The notes: a model not told the origin generated them from the letters alone. A DNA stretch of 63,118 nt from Pseudomonadota bacterium (GCA_043806755.1 JAZDGS010000013.1:1-63118), one strand, 5' to 3'. Shown: positions 19,803-31,857, numbered from the stretch's first letter. Made by a program: numbers and translations.

Positions 19803-20577
19803 TCGATCGGTCCTTTCGAAGCAGTTTTTCGATCCGGATGATATCTTCCGGCTGATCCACTTCCGGTGAATCATGAGGAGTGACGACCACGCGGATCCGG
19901 TGACCATGTTCCAGGGCCCGAAGCTGCTCCAGCTTTTCGATCCGTTCCAAATCTCCTTCAGGCAAATTTCTGAAGATATCTAAAAACCGCCGGGTATAAG
20001 CATAGATCCCGAGGTGCTTATACGTGGTGAAGAGGGCCCCGGGGTCTCTCCCGCAGGGGATCGGCGAGCGCGAAAAATAAAGTGCATATCCGTCCCGGTC
20101 AAAAACGACCTTGACGTCTTTCGGATTGGCGATCTCATTTGGTTCAACGATAGCAAGGGCCAGGGTGGACATGACCACTTCCGGATCCGTAAAAAGCGGG
20201 TCGCTCGCCTCTTCCAGGCAGCCGGGATGGATCATGGGCTGGTCGCCCTGAACGTTGATAACGATATCCTCGGGCCCGAGGGAGAGAGTGGCCGCCGCCT
20301 CTGCAGCACGGTCCGTTCCCGAGCGATTTTCGGGCGAAGTCATCACCGCTTTCCCTCCAAACCGCAAAACCGCATCGGCAATCCGCCTATCATCGGTGGC
20401 GACAAGCACATCCGACAGGATGTTACACGCCCCCACCCGCTCGCAGACCCATTGAATCATCGGTTTACCCAGGATCATCGCAAGCGGCTTTCCTTCAAAT
20501 CGCGTGGAGGCGTATCGCGAAGGGATGACGGCAACGACCTTTCTTTCCAGCTTTTTTTTTGATTGACTATTTTCCAT
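19792..20577 (-). CDS. kdsB: 3-deoxy-manno-octulosonate cytidylyltransferase
   Basis: 261 aa. N-terminal AVIPSRYASTRFEGKPL and overall KdsB pattern. Confidence 0.9.
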   Translation of the reverse strand: MENSQSKKKLERKVVAVIPSRYASTRFEGKPLAMILGKPMIQWVCERVGACNILSDVLVATDDRRIADAVLRFGGKAVMTSPENRSGTDRAAEAAATLSLGPEDIVINVQGDQPMIHPGCLEEASDPLFTDPEVVMSTLALAIVEPNEIANPKDVKVVFDRDGYALYFSRSPIPCGRDPGALFTTYKHLGIYAYTRRFLDIFRNLPEGDLERIEKLEQLRALEHGHRIRVVVTPHDSPEVDQPEDIIRIEKLLRKDRSISL

Positions 20578-20675
20578 AAACGGTCTTTACTTCATTCGTG
20601 AGGTATTCGGATTGGAGTCATCTTCGTTAAATCGTCCATAATCCATCCATAGCCCCTTGTAAAGGAGAATTTGTT

Positions 20676-21425
20676 TTGAATCTCGAGCGGTTGCACACAA
20701 TCCTCCGATCCGTTGCCAAGGGAGAAACATCCGTTGAATCGGCGGCTGGGACACTTTCAAACCTCTCCTTTGAGGATATCGCATATGCGCATATCGATCA
20801 TAACCGTTCCCTGAGAAAAGGATTTCCGGAAGTGATATTCGGCCAGGGGAAGACGGCGGATCAGATCATCGGCATTATGAAACGGATGAAATCCCAGGAA
20901 AACATCGTTATCGTAACCCGCATAGACGAAGCAAAGGCCCACCGAATCGTCGATCAGTTCAAGGATGTGGAATACCACGCCGATGCCGGAATGATCATCT
21001 GGAAAATAACCGATCTTCCCCTCCTTGGGAAAGGCGTCATCTGGGTCATTTCGGCAGGGACGTCGGATATACCGGTTGCCAGAGAGGCGTTTCTCACGGC
21101 CCAGGCCATGGGAAACCGTGTGGAATCGATTTTCGACGTGGGAGTGGCCGGGATTCATCGGCTGATGGATCATCGAGCCGAATTCGACAAGGCGGCCGTT
21201 CTTATCGTCGTCGCCGGAATGGAGGGGGCACTTCCTTCGGTGGTTGCCGGAATGGTGGGACGGCCGGTCATCGCGGTTCCCACCAGTATCGGATATGGCG
21301 TCAGCCTGGGTGGGCTCACACCCCTTTTTGCCATGCTCAACAGTTGCAGCTCGAACATCGCCGTTGTCAATATCGACAACGGTTTCGGCGCCGGGTACAT
21401 GGCCTCGGTAATCAATCGAATCTGA
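20676..21425 (+). CDS. larB: LarB-type (AIR-carboxylase-like) nickel-pincer cofactor biosynthesis protein
   Basis: 249 aa, TTG start with AAGGAG upstream. N-terminal extension plus PurE-like core (VISAGTSDIPVA...VVAGMEGALPSVVAG). Confidence 0.75.
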   Translation: MNLERLHTILRSVAKGETSVESAAGTLSNLSFEDIAYAHIDHNRSLRKGFPEVIFGQGKTADQIIGIMKRMKSQENIVIVTRIDEAKAHRIVDQFKDVEYHADAGMIIWKITDLPLLGKGVIWVISAGTSDIPVAREAFLTAQAMGNRVESIFDVGVAGIHRLMDHRAEFDKAAVLIVVAGMEGALPSVVAGMVGRPVIAVPTSIGYGVSLGGLTPLFAMLNSCSSNIAVVNIDNGFGAGYMASVINRI

Positions 21426-21454
21426 TATGGCGAATCCGTTTATCGTTTTTTCTT

Positions 21455-21512
21455 TTGACAGACCAATCATTCTTGAGGTATATCGGCCTTAAAATAAATC
21501 GACATATACCTC
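21455..21512 (+). promoter_or_regulatory. candidate promoter with overlapping 9-bp inverted repeat upstream of the activase fusion gene
   Basis: TTGACA (21455-21460), 18 nt, TATATC. GAGGTATAT (21475-21483) pairs with ATATACCTC (21504-21512) across 20 nt. Confidence 0.35.
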
Positions 21513-21551
21513 ATTTAACCCAACCGGTTCCAATATCATCTCGAATTCCCC

Positions 21552-24500
21552 ATGAAAAACAATATGATTTCAAATACGTCTGTATCAAATCGGGTAGAGG
21601 GCCGGATTGTTAAAACGCTTGGCATCTGCCTGGGGGCATCCACCATTTCGGTGGTTTGGCTTGAAGGCGACGGCCAACATCCGAATCATCCCCGGATTGT
21701 CGGACATCGGGTTCATTCCCATGAAGGAAATCCGAAGGAAACGCTCTTACGCACCCTGAAAGGGATCGATCTGAACTCCTTCGATCGGATCGCCGTCACC
21801 GGCCGGCGGTTTAAGCGATATGTCAATCTCACCTCGATTCCCGAGCCGGAAGCCGTGGAATATGCTTATCGCTTTGTCAAACCTCAGGATGTTTCATGCC
21901 CGGCCGTAGTCTCCGCCGGCGGCGAGACGTTCATGGTCTATATCCTAAACAATCGCGGGCAAATATCGAATGTCCTGACCGGGAACAAATGCGCGTCCGG
22001 GACTGGGGAATTTTTTCTTCAGCAGCTCCGGCGGATGGACGTTACCCTTGAAGAGGCCGCTCAGTGGGCCGCCTCCCAGGAGCCTCACCATGTATCGGGC
22101 CGCTGCAGCGTTTTCTGCAAATCCGACTGCACCCATGCCACGAACAAGGGTGTCCCCCGCTCCAAGGTTACGGCAGGACTTTGCAAAATGATGGCCCACA
22201 AGATCCTGGAGCTGCTCAAGCGGGTGGAAAAGAAAAACATCATGATCACCGGTGGAACCGCAAAAAACAAGATGATGATCGAATATCTCAAGCAGGAAAT
22301 CCCCGGCCTGATCGTCCCCCAGGAAGCCCCTTATTTCGAAGCCCTCGGGGCGGCTCTCTGGGCCCTTGATCACGATACGATTCCGTATCCGGACGCTTCT
22401 CTCTTAAAAGAAGAAATCGCCGCCTTTGACACGCTCCCTCCTCTTGTCCATTTCAGGGATCAGGTGGAATTCAAATCCGTGGAAATGGGCCGGGTTCGCG
22501 CCGGGGATGCATGCATCCTCGGTCTTGATGTGGGCTCCACCACCACCAAAGCGGTCCTTCTGAGAAAACAGGATGACGCCATCCTGGCCTCCATCTACCT
22601 GAGAACCGGGGGCGATCCGGTCGGCGCCTCCCGGAAGTGTTACCGCCATATCCTGGAACAGGTCAAGGAAACCGTCGACCCGTCGGAGATCACTATCGAG
22701 GGATTAGGCGTTTGCGGGAGCGGACGCCAGATTGCCGGGCTTCACGCGTTGACGGACGGCGTCATCAATGAAATCATCGCCCATGCGACCGCGGCCGTCT
22801 ATTTCGATAATGACGTGGATACCATTTTTGAGATCGGCGGACAGGATGCCAAATACACGTATATCACCAACGGTGTTCCTTCGGATTATGCGATGAACGA
22901 AGCCTGTTCGGCGGGAACCGGATCCTTTTTAGAGGAATCGGCTCTTGAAACACTTGGCGTTCAAATGACGGAGATCGCCGATATCGCCCTTCTGGGGGAA
23001 CACCCTCCCAATTTCAATGATCAGTGCGCCGCATTCATTGCTTCAGACATAAAAAATGCGATCCATGAAGGAGTTAAGCACGAAGATATCATCGCCGGAC
23101 TTGTCTATTCCATCTGCATGAATTACACCAACCGGGTCAAAGGGAACCGTCCGGTGGGGGAAAAGGTTTTCATGCAGGGAGGGGTCTGTTACAACCATGC
23201 CGTTCCGCTCGCCATGGCCTCCCTTGTCGGAAAGCCGATAATCGTCCCGCCTGAACCCGGCCTGATGGGTGCGTTCGGCGTTGCTCTCGAAGTCAAGAAA
23301 CGGATCGATAGGGGTCTTTTGAAAAAGGAACGATTTGATCTCACCACACTCGTGAATCGGGAAGCCCTTTACCGGAAACCCTTCACCTGTAAAGGTGGAA
23401 AGGAGAAGTGCGACCGGAAGTGTGAAATCGCCGTGATCGAGCTGGAAGGGAAGAGATATCCCTTCGGCGGAGCCTGCAACCGGTATTACAACCTCAGGCA
23501 CAACATCCGGTATGATGCGGAGAAACTGGATCTCGTCCGGATCCGTCAGCATCTGGTTTTCGAAACATACGCGCCTGAAGCCAAACGCGGAAAGCCGAGC
23601 CCCCGAAGAGGGAGGATCGGCTTCAACCGGAGCTTTCTGGTCAATACCTATTATCCTCTCTATTCCAACTTCTTTACCAGACTCGGATTCGAACCGCTTA
23701 TCCCCGAGGTTTCTTCGCAGGAAGGGATCGATTTGAGAGAAGCTCCTTTTTGCTACCCCGTGGAGCTGGCCCATGGTTTTTTTTATTCCCTCATCACCAT
23801 GCAAGATCCACCCGAATACATCTTTCTCCCCCATTTTAAAGCGGTCCCGCTTCTGGACGACAACCTCGCTTCCCAGGTCTGCCCGCTCGTTCAGGGAGAA
23901 ACCTACTATCTGCGCACCACGTTTAAGACAGGCCTTGATGCGCTAAAGAAAAAGGGGATCCCCCTGTTGACCCCGGTGATCGATCTCACCGGAGGGATCG
24001 AAACGGCCCAAGGACCATTGATCCGGACCGCAATCCGGATGGGCGCTAAAAAGGAAGAGGCCAAAGCGGCGTTTGCATTCGCTTTAGCACGACAACGCGA
24101 TTGTATCAGCGAGATGAAACGGATTGGACGAGAGGCGTTAAAGACCCTGGAATCGGATCCGGAAAAGATCGCCGTGGTCATATTCGCAAGGTCCTACAAT
24201 GGATTTGTCGAAGAAGCGCATATGGGGATTCCTCACAAAATCGCTTCCAGGGGAGTGATGGTCATCCCCATGGATTTTCTCCCCCATGAAACGGAAACGT
24301 CGAAACATCACATGTACTGGGGTATTGGGCAGCTCATCCTGAAAACGGCCCGCTTTGTTCAAAAACACCCGCAGCTCTTCGGAACCTACATCACCAACTT
24401 CTCATGCGGCCCGGATTCCTTTGTCATCGGCTATTTCAGGGAGATCATGGGCCGAAAACCATCGCTGACGCTGGAACTTGACAACCATACCGCCGACGCC

Positions 24501-25949
24501 GGTTTGGAGACCAGGATCGAAGCCTTCCTTGACATCGTATCGGCATACCGCCGGCTGATGAAACAACAGAAACGGCTGCAAACGCCGAAGGCGTTCATTG
24601 AATCGCGCGTCATGATCAGCAATGGAATCCCCATGGTGTCAACCTCCGATGGAAAGACGATCCCCATGACGGACCCCAAAGTCTGCATGCTCTTCCCATC
24701 CATGGGAAATCTGGCCTCCGAATCGATCACAGCCATTTTCAGAGGAAGCGGATATCATGCGAAGGCTCACCCACCCTCGGATGAGGCCGTGTTGAAGATC
24801 GGACGCGCCAACACGTCCTGCAAGGAATGCCTTCCCCTGATCCTGACGACCGGAACGCTCCTGAATTACATCCGCAACGAAAAGAAAGATGACGAAATTC
24901 TGGTTTATTTTATGCCGACCGGATCAGGCCCATGCCGGTTCGGTCAATATGCAGTCTTCATGGAGGATTTGATTCGAAGGCTTAAAATCCCGAATGTTGC
25001 CGTGATGTCGTTAACCTCCGACAACTCCTACCTGGGCCTTGGGAACGGGTTTCAAAAAAAAGGATGGTGGTCGGTACTGATATCCGACACCATGGAAGAT
25101 ATCCGATCGGTGCTTTTGGCCAATGCCATCCATCCGGATAAAGCCATTCAGATCTTTGGTGAAGAGTGGCAGAATATTCTGACCCAGATGGAAACCGGTG
25201 AATACAGCCGGATCAGGGACCAGCTTAAAAAAACAGCCCTGCGATTGAGCCGCATCCCGCTCAAGGAGCCCGTGGATCAAATCCCGACAATAGCCCTGGT
25301 GGGTGAGATTTTCGTCCGGAGGGACGATTTATCCCGGCAATTTATCACGGAAACGCTTGCTGAAAAAGGGTTTGCGACCATCTGTTCGCCCATTGCCGAA
25401 TGGATGCGGTATTCCGATTATACGGTGAAAAAAGGGCTGAGCAACTTCACATTGAATCTGAAGGGAAAAATCGGATTTCTCATCAAAGAGATACATATGG
25501 GGCACTATGAGAAAGACATCAAATCGATTCTATCTCAATCCGGTCTCGTTCATGCAGAGCCGTTGAATATTGACGCCATCATCCGAAACGCCGCTCCGTT
25601 TATTTCTCCGGATCTGGCCGGTGAAGCCATCCTCACCGTTGGGAGCGCCTTAACGGAAGTCGTCACCCATGCGTGCGGGGTTATCTCCATCGGTCCCTTC
25701 GGCTGCATGCCGAACCGCCTTTCCGAAGCCATTCTCTCCCGGGCCATGAATCGGGACGTAAAGCTGGCCACGGATCCGAAAAACCCCTTTCTGAAAGCGG
25801 TATTGACGGAAGTGGAAGATCTTCCCTTTTTGGCCATCGAGAGCGACGGATCCCCCTTCCCTCAGCTCATCAACGCCAAACTGGAGACGTTCTGCCTTAG
25901 GGCGAAACGGTTGCATGGACGCATGATGGATGTGAAAAAATTGGCTTAA
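21552..25949 (+). CDS. fused double BcrAD/BadFG/HgdC-type ATPase (activase) + 2-hydroxyacyl-CoA-dehydratase-related/DUF2229-like domains
   Basis: 1465 aa. Two actin-fold ATPase repeats (LGICLGASTISV..., LGLDVGSTTTKAV...) each with Cys-containing cluster-bridging regions, then a long C-terminal region like those of the roughly 1400-aa 'CoA-substrate-specific enzyme activase' proteins. Confidence 0.8.
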   Translation: MKNNMISNTSVSNRVEGRIVKTLGICLGASTISVVWLEGDGQHPNHPRIVGHRVHSHEGNPKETLLRTLKGIDLNSFDRIAVTGRRFKRYVNLTSIPEPEAVEYAYRFVKPQDVSCPAVVSAGGETFMVYILNNRGQISNVLTGNKCASGTGEFFLQQLRRMDVTLEEAAQWAASQEPHHVSGRCSVFCKSDCTHATNKGVPRSKVTAGLCKMMAHKILELLKRVEKKNIMITGGTAKNKMMIEYLKQEIPGLIVPQEAPYFEALGAALWALDHDTIPYPDASLLKEEIAAFDTLPPLVHFRDQVEFKSVEMGRVRAGDACILGLDVGSTTTKAVLLRKQDDAILASIYLRTGGDPVGASRKCYRHILEQVKETVDPSEITIEGLGVCGSGRQIAGLHALTDGVINEIIAHATAAVYFDNDVDTIFEIGGQDAKYTYITNGVPSDYAMNEACSAGTGSFLEESALETLGVQMTEIADIALLGEHPPNFNDQCAAFIASDIKNAIHEGVKHEDIIAGLVYSICMNYTNRVKGNRPVGEKVFMQGGVCYNHAVPLAMASLVGKPIIVPPEPGLMGAFGVALEVKKRIDRGLLKKERFDLTTLVNREALYRKPFTCKGGKEKCDRKCEIAVIELEGKRYPFGGACNRYYNLRHNIRYDAEKLDLVRIRQHLVFETYAPEAKRGKPSPRRGRIGFNRSFLVNTYYPLYSNFFTRLGFEPLIPEVSSQEGIDLREAPFCYPVELAHGFFYSLITMQDPPEYIFLPHFKAVPLLDDNLASQVCPLVQGETYYLRTTFKTGLDALKKKGIPLLTPVIDLTGGIETAQGPLIRTAIRMGAKKEEAKAAFAFALARQRDCISEMKRIGREALKTLESDPEKIAVVIFARSYNGFVEEAHMGIPHKIASRGVMVIPMDFLPHETETSKHHMYWGIGQLILKTARFVQKHPQLFGTYITNFSCGPDSFVIGYFREIMGRKPSLTLELDNHTADAGLETRIEAFLDIVSAYRRLMKQQKRLQTPKAFIESRVMISNGIPMVSTSDGKTIPMTDPKVCMLFPSMGNLASESITAIFRGSGYHAKAHPPSDEAVLKIGRANTSCKECLPLILTTGTLLNYIRNEKKDDEILVYFMPTGSGPCRFGQYAVFMEDLIRRLKIPNVAVMSLTSDNSYLGLGNGFQKKGWWSVLISDTMEDIRSVLLANAIHPDKAIQIFGEEWQNILTQMETGEYSRIRDQLKKTALRLSRIPLKEPVDQIPTIALVGEIFVRRDDLSRQFITETLAEKGFATICSPIAEWMRYSDYTVKKGLSNFTLNLKGKIGFLIKEIHMGHYEKDIKSILSQSGLVHAEPLNIDAIIRNAAPFISPDLAGEAILTVGSALTEVVTHACGVISIGPFGCMPNRLSEAILSRAMNRDVKLATDPKNPFLKAVLTEVEDLPFLAIESDGSPFPQLINAKLETFCLRAKRLHGRMMDVKKLA

Positions 25950-26656
25950 ATGGATCGTTCCGGATTCATTTCCGAATCGTATTCCCATTTGCTTGTGATG
26001 GTCGGCAATTCCATCGCTTTTTGAAGCAGGGATAAAAATAGGCTCCTGGGAACGTGCCGGGCACCCATCCTTACCAGATGCCGGGTTGTAGTCTGGCAGT
26101 CGATCATGATAAACGATTTTGTCATCAGATATTGGGCCAGGCAGACCAGTGCGACTTTTGAAGCGTTTCCGGTGCGTGAAAACATGGATTCGCCGAAGAA
26201 ACATCCTCCGAGAGAAACCCCGTAGAGCCCCCCGCACAATTCACCGTCCTGCCGGATTTCAACGCTGTGGGCATAACCGCCTTCATGCAAAATGCAGTAG
26301 GCCTCGATCATGTTCCCGTCGATCCATGTCCCTTGTCCGTTTTCCAGCCGGATCTGGGCACAGGACGTGATCACCCCCCGGAAGTCCGAATCCATCGTGA
26401 TGTGAAACATCCGCTTTTTTAGCACCCGGCTCAATTTTTTTGAGATGTGGATTCTGGAAGGAAATAAAACCAGACGGGGGTCCGGAGACCACCATAAAAT
26501 CGGCTCGTTTTCAGAATACCACGGAAATATCCCCATCCGGTAGGCAAGGAGGAGCCGTTCCATGCTCAAATCCCCGCCGATGGCCAGCAACCCGTTTTCT
26601 CCGGCAAAAAAGGGGCTTGGAAAAACGATCTCATCGGAAAGAAGAAAAACAGGCAT
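25946..26656 (-). CDS. aat: leucyl/phenylalanyl-tRNA--protein transferase
   Basis: 236 aa. LLAYRMGIFPWYSE...PILWWSPDPR signature. Sits downstream of clpS-clpA. Confidence 0.9.
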   Translation of the reverse strand: MPVFLLSDEIVFPSPFFAGENGLLAIGGDLSMERLLLAYRMGIFPWYSENEPILWWSPDPRLVLFPSRIHISKKLSRVLKKRMFHITMDSDFRGVITSCAQIRLENGQGTWIDGNMIEAYCILHEGGYAHSVEIRQDGELCGGLYGVSLGGCFFGESMFSRTGNASKVALVCLAQYLMTKSFIMIDCQTTTRHLVRMGARHVPRSLFLSLLQKAMELPTITSKWEYDSEMNPERSI

Positions 26657-26690
26657 GGAGGTATCCGAGCGCGATTAGCTCCCGGGTCGG

Positions 26691-28931
26691 TTATTCGTAG
26701 GTAAAGATGAATCGTTCATTCTCAATGCCGACGGTGACCTTCCCCCCTTTTTCAAGTCTGCCGAAAAGAATCTCTTCGGAGATGACGTCCTTGATGTCAT
26801 TTTGGATGACCCTGGCAAGGGGCCGCGCGCCATAAGTGGGATCATACCCTTTTCTGGCCAGGGAACTTCGTACCTGAGACGAAATGGTGAGGGACACCTT
26901 TTTGGAAACAAGCTGAACGTTGAGCTCGTCCACAAACTTGTCCACAATCCGCTCCATGATGTCGAGAGAGAGCGAATTGAAATGAATGATACCATCCAGG
27001 CGATTTCTGAACTCCGGGCTGAAAAATCGCTCAACGGCCTGCTTCCCTTTTGATTTGATGTCGCTTTTCGGATCCCCGAACCCAATAGTAAGGGAAGTCA
27101 TCTCCCTGGCGCCGGCATTGGAAGTCATCACAATGATGACATTTCGAAAATCGGCTTTCTTTCCATTGTTGTCCGTCAGGGTGGCATGGTCCAGAACCTG
27201 AAGAAGAATGTTGAAAAGATCCGGGTGCGCCTTTTCGATTTCATCAAAAAGGAGAACGGAATGCGGGTGCTTCCGGATGCCGTCCGTTAAAAGCCCTCCC
27301 TGATCGAACCCGATATATCCCGGAGGAGCACCGATCAATCGGGCGACGGCATGTTTTTCCATATATTCGCTCATATCAAAGCGGAGGAACTGAACTCCCA
27401 AATTCATGGAAATCTGCCTGGCGACTTCGGTTTTTCCGACGCCGGTAGGCCCGGTAAAGAGAAACGAGCCGATAGGTTTTTCCGGCGTTCTCAATCCTGC
27501 CCTGGAGCGCTTGATGGACATTACAATGGAACGGATGGCGCCGTCCTGTCCAAAGACCTTTTCCTTGAGGCGTTCTTCAAGCGTCCCTAGGCGGGCTTTA
27601 TCGCCGGCGGATACGGAAACGGTCGGGATTTTCGCCATCTTGGCCACAATTTTTTCAATATCGGCAGGATGGATCTTTCTTCGCGACGGCGAGCCGGACA
27701 ACCGGATAAAGGCTCCGGCCTCATCGATCACATCGATGGCCTTATCCGGCAGATACCGGTCGTTGATGTATTTGGCGCTCAGCTCCACCGCAGCTTTCAG
27801 GGCCGCTTCGGTATACACGATTCCATGATGCTTTTCATACGTTGATTTAAGGCCTTTTAAAATTTTAATGGTTTCGGGTACGGGCGGCTCGCTGACCTCA
27901 ATTTTTTCGAACCGTCGGGACATGGCCCGATCTTTCTCAAAATGATTTTTATATTCTTCATAGGTGGTGGATCCGATGCACCGAAGCTCTCCGCCGGCAA
28001 AGACGGGTTTGAGGATATTGGATGCATCCATGGAGCCGCTGCTGGTCGCACCTGCCCCCACGATGGTATGAATTTCATCGATAAACAGGATGGCGTTCTT
28101 CTTTTTCTTAAGCTCCGAAATCACCCCTTTAAGGCGCTGCTCAAAGTCTCCCCGAAACTTGGTTCCGGCCAGTAATGCTCCCATATCGAGTGCATAGACG
28201 CGAACATCCTTGAGGAGATCCGGAACATCGCCGGAATGGATTTTCCGCACCAGCCCTTCGGCAAGGGCGGTTTTACCGACCCCCGGGTCTCCGACAAAAA
28301 CCGGATTGTTTTTCCGCCTTCTGCAGAGCACCTGCATGGTGCGTTCCAGTTCCCGCTTCCGTCCGATAAGGGGGTCCAGCTTCCCCTGAGACGCCATTTC
28401 AATGAGATCGATGGTGAACATCTCCAGGGGATCCGACTTCTTTTTTTCCTTATCGGTCTTATGGTTCTTAACGAATCCTCCGATCACATCGGCGAAAGGG
28501 TCTTTGGATACGCTGTGGGAAACATAGTTGAGAACATCGAGTCTGGATACCCCTTCCTCATTGAGAAAATAGGCGGCATAGGAGTCGGATTCCAGGAAAA
28601 TGGAAGCCAGCACATCGCTGATTTCGACCTCCTGTTTTTCAGCGGACCGGATATGGTTGACCGCTCTTTGGATCACCCGCTGAAAACCGAGGGTCTGCTG
28701 GAGGATGTACTCGTTATCCTCCGCGACCGTTTCCATCTTGTGAGAGAAAAAATCCTCGAGGGTCTTTTTGAGATTCTCCACGTCTCCTCCGCAATTTTCA
28801 ATGATTTCCTTTCCGAATTCATCGTGAAGGATTGCAAAGAGGATGTGTTCAATGGATACATATTCGTGCCGCCGTTTCTTGGCTTCACTGACCGCAAAAC
28901 CGAGCGTCGTGCTGAGATCCTTGCTGATCAT
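26691..28931 (-). CDS. clpA: ATP-dependent Clp protease ATP-binding subunit ClpA
   Basis: 746 aa. Two AAA+ modules ([16 protein letters not shown]), Clp_N domain, no middle coiled-coil. Confidence 0.95.
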   Translation of the reverse strand: MISKDLSTTLGFAVSEAKKRRHEYVSIEHILFAILHDEFGKEIIENCGGDVENLKKTLEDFFSHKMETVAEDNEYILQQTLGFQRVIQRAVNHIRSAEKQEVEISDVLASIFLESDSYAAYFLNEEGVSRLDVLNYVSHSVSKDPFADVIGGFVKNHKTDKEKKKSDPLEMFTIDLIEMASQGKLDPLIGRKRELERTMQVLCRRRKNNPVFVGDPGVGKTALAEGLVRKIHSGDVPDLLKDVRVYALDMGALLAGTKFRGDFEQRLKGVISELKKKKNAILFIDEIHTIVGAGATSSGSMDASNILKPVFAGGELRCIGSTTYEEYKNHFEKDRAMSRRFEKIEVSEPPVPETIKILKGLKSTYEKHHGIVYTEAALKAAVELSAKYINDRYLPDKAIDVIDEAGAFIRLSGSPSRRKIHPADIEKIVAKMAKIPTVSVSAGDKARLGTLEERLKEKVFGQDGAIRSIVMSIKRSRAGLRTPEKPIGSFLFTGPTGVGKTEVARQISMNLGVQFLRFDMSEYMEKHAVARLIGAPPGYIGFDQGGLLTDGIRKHPHSVLLFDEIEKAHPDLFNILLQVLDHATLTDNNGKKADFRNVIIVMTSNAGAREMTSLTIGFGDPKSDIKSKGKQAVERFFSPEFRNRLDGIIHFNSLSLDIMERIVDKFVDELNVQLVSKKVSLTISSQVRSSLARKGYDPTYGARPLARVIQNDIKDVISEEILFGRLEKGGKVTVGIENERFIFTYE

Positions 28932-28935
28932 GGGG

Positions 28936-29250
28936 TTATTCTCTTTCCAACGTACATTTCAGCGGAAACCCGTGCTCCTTGGCCAGGGATTGTACGGTTT
29001 TCACCTTGGTTTCAGCCACTTCATACGGGTAGATGCCGCAGACTCCGATACCGGTATTGTGGACATTAAGCATGATCCGTGTTGATTCTTCAACCGATTT
29101 TTTAAAGACGTGCATCAGAACCGCCACAACGAATTCCATGGTCGTGTAATCGTCGTTGTGGAGGAGCACCCGATACATGGAGGGCTCCTCCACTTCAATA
29201 TCGGTTTCAGAAGCCAGCCCTTCTTCCATTTCCGGATCGTAGATGCCCAT
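28936..29250 (-). CDS. clpS: Clp protease adaptor ClpS
   Basis: 104 aa. YRVLLHNDDYTTMEFVV motif. Confidence 0.9.
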   Translation of the reverse strand: MGIYDPEMEEGLASETDIEVEEPSMYRVLLHNDDYTTMEFVVAVLMHVFKKSVEESTRIMLNVHNTGIGVCGIYPYEVAETKVKTVQSLAKEHGFPLKCTLERE

Positions 29251-29293
29251 GTCCAGGCCTATCCCTATAAAATAAGTCCTAAACAGCCGTTGG

Positions 29294-31819
29294 TCACTGC
29301 CCGCAACATTTTTTATATTTTTTTCCGCTTCCGCACGGGCAGGGAGCGTTTCTTCCGATCTTTTTTTGTTCCTTTTTTACCGGCTCTCTTTTTTGCAACG
29401 CATCACCCGAACCTGAAAAAAACAATTCCTGTTCTTTCGGCTGCCTTAGGTCGTCGATCCGCTCCGGCTGCGCGATCTGGATGCGATAGAGGATCCCCAG
29501 GGTTTCTTCCTTGACTCTGGCAATCATATCGGAAAACATTTGAAACCCTTCTTTTTTATAAACGATCAGGGGATCCTGCTGGGCATACCCTCTAAGGCCG
29601 ATCCCCTCTTTCAGATGATCCATGCTCAGAAGATGGTCCTTCCACAGGTTGTCCACGGTTTGGAGCATCACGATACGCTCCAGTTCACGGCATTGCATTT
29701 CTCCGATTACCTTTTCCCGCTCGTCAAACACCTCCAACGCTTTTTTTCGGATAAACTCCGCCAGGTCGGATTTTTCCCATCCGTCTGATATTTCACCGTT
29801 CAGGTTCAGATAAAAGTTGAACTGCTTGAAGACCGCCTCTTTCAACCCTTTCAGATCCCATTCCTCGGGCACCGATTTTCCATCGGCAATCGCTTGTGCC
29901 ATTTCGTCGGATTTTTCTCCGATCATCGCTTCGATGGACCCCTTCAGGCTCTTTCCGCTCAACGCCTCCCGGCGCTGCCGGTAGATGACCTCCCGCTGCT
30001 GGTTCATCACATCGTCATACTCCAGAAGCTGTTTCCGGATTTCAAAGTTATGGCCTTCCACCTTTCGTTGGGCATTCTCGATCGCTTTGGAGATGAGATT
30101 GTGTTCGATCGGTTCCCCTTCCTGCATTCCCAGTCTTTCCATGAAGTTACCCATCCGTTCGCCGCCGAAAATCCTTAAAAGATCATCTTCAAGGGCCAGA
30201 TAGAATCGTGAAGAGCCGGGATCCCCCTGCCTTCCCGAGCGGCCCCTCAATTGATTATCGATTCGCCGACTTTCGTGTCGCTCCGTGCCGAGGATATGAA
30301 GGCCCCCGACATCCGTAACCCCTTCCCCGAGAACGATATCGGTTCCGCGGCCGGCCATATTGGTGGAGATGGTCACCGCCCCCCGCTGCCCGGCCATGGC
30401 GACGATTTCCGCTTCCTTTTTGTGGTTCTTGGCGTTAAGGACGGAATGCTTGACCCCACGCTTGGCCAGCTTTTCGCTCAAACTCTCGGAAACATCGATG
30501 GAGATGGTCCCCACGAGAACCGGCTGCCCTTTCCGGTGAAGCTCAACGATCTCATCCAAAGCCGCCTCGTACTTCTCTTTTTTGGTTTTGTAAATGACGT
30601 CCGGATGATCGGTTCGGATCATCGGCATATGGGTCGGGATGACCATGACATCGAGGTTATAAATTTTCTTGAATTCAGGAGCCTCGGTGTCTGCGGTTCC
30701 GGTCATGCCGGCAAGCTTGTCGTACATTCTAAAATAATTTTGAAAGGTAATGGTGGCCAGCGTCTGGTTTTCATTTTCGATTTTGACGTTTTCTTTGGCC
30801 TCCAGGGCCTGGTGCAACCCTTCACTATAGCGTCGTCCGGGCATCAGCCGCCCGGTGAATTCATCAACAATAACGACTTCTCCGTCTTTGACGATATAGT
30901 CCACGTCGAGTTTAAAAAGGGTATGGGCTTTAAGGGCCTGTTGGATATGGTGCAACAGTTCAATGTATTTTGGGTCATACAGGTTGTCCACCTTCAGGAT
31001 CTGCTCGGCATTGGCAACCCCTTCTTCGGTCAGGGTCACCGAGCGGGCTTTTTCGTCTATGGAAAAATCGCGATCCTTCTTCAGTCTGGGAATAACGCCG
31101 TTCACCTGGTAATAGAGATGAGTCGACTTTTCAGCCGGGCCTGAGATGATGAGCGGTGTCCTGGCCTCATCGACCAGGATGCTGTCCACCTCGTCCACGA
31201 TGGCATAATGCAGGTCCCGTTGCACCAGGGTGGCCAGGTCGAATTTCATATTGTCTCTCAAATAGTCAAAACCGAATTCGTTGTTGGTTCCATAGGTGAT
31301 GTCGTATCGATAGGCGGCCTTCCGTTCCGTATCGTTTAGGCCGTGAATGATGGTCCCCACCGGCACGCCGAGAAAATGATAGATATTCCCCATCCACTCG
31401 GTATCCCGTTTTGCCAGGTAATCGTTTACAGTGACGATATGAACCCCTTTCCCGGTTAACGCATTGAGATAGGCGGGGAGCGTCGCCGCAAGGGTCTTTC
31501 CTTCACCGGTTTTCATTTCGGCTATTTTTCCATGATGCAATACCATTCCGCCGACCAGTTGAACATCAAAATGCCTCATCTTCAATGTTCGAACCGATGC
31601 TTCTCTCACCACGGCAAAGGCTTCGGGGAGGAGGTCGTCGAGCGGCTCTCCCTTTGCGAGCCGCTCCTTAAATCCGGAGGTTTGCGACCTGAGTTCATCA
31701 TCGGTCATCTGCCTGATTCCGGGTTCCAGAGTGTTTATCCGATCCACCAGCGGGTTCAGTTTGTTCAACTCACGCTCGTTTTTACTTCCAAACACTTTTG
31801 TTAAAAAACCGAAAGCCAT
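29294..31819 (-). CDS. secA: preprotein translocase ATPase SecA
   Basis: 841 aa. MKTGEGKTL Walker [13 protein letters not shown]-terminal zinc motif [14 protein letters not shown]. Confidence 0.97.
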   Translation of the reverse strand: MAFGFLTKVFGSKNERELNKLNPLVDRINTLEPGIRQMTDDELRSQTSGFKERLAKGEPLDDLLPEAFAVVREASVRTLKMRHFDVQLVGGMVLHHGKIAEMKTGEGKTLAATLPAYLNALTGKGVHIVTVNDYLAKRDTEWMGNIYHFLGVPVGTIIHGLNDTERKAAYRYDITYGTNNEFGFDYLRDNMKFDLATLVQRDLHYAIVDEVDSILVDEARTPLIISGPAEKSTHLYYQVNGVIPRLKKDRDFSIDEKARSVTLTEEGVANAEQILKVDNLYDPKYIELLHHIQQALKAHTLFKLDVDYIVKDGEVVIVDEFTGRLMPGRRYSEGLHQALEAKENVKIENENQTLATITFQNYFRMYDKLAGMTGTADTEAPEFKKIYNLDVMVIPTHMPMIRTDHPDVIYKTKKEKYEAALDEIVELHRKGQPVLVGTISIDVSESLSEKLAKRGVKHSVLNAKNHKKEAEIVAMAGQRGAVTISTNMAGRGTDIVLGEGVTDVGGLHILGTERHESRRIDNQLRGRSGRQGDPGSSRFYLALEDDLLRIFGGERMGNFMERLGMQEGEPIEHNLISKAIENAQRKVEGHNFEIRKQLLEYDDVMNQQREVIYRQRREALSGKSLKGSIEAMIGEKSDEMAQAIADGKSVPEEWDLKGLKEAVFKQFNFYLNLNGEISDGWEKSDLAEFIRKKALEVFDEREKVIGEMQCRELERIVMLQTVDNLWKDHLLSMDHLKEGIGLRGYAQQDPLIVYKKEGFQMFSDMIARVKEETLGILYRIQIAQPERIDDLRQPKEQELFFSGSGDALQKREPVKKEQKKIGRNAPCPCGSGKKYKKCCGQ

Positions 31820-31857
31820 AGTACTATCCGACCTCGTCGTATTAATGTTGATAAATC

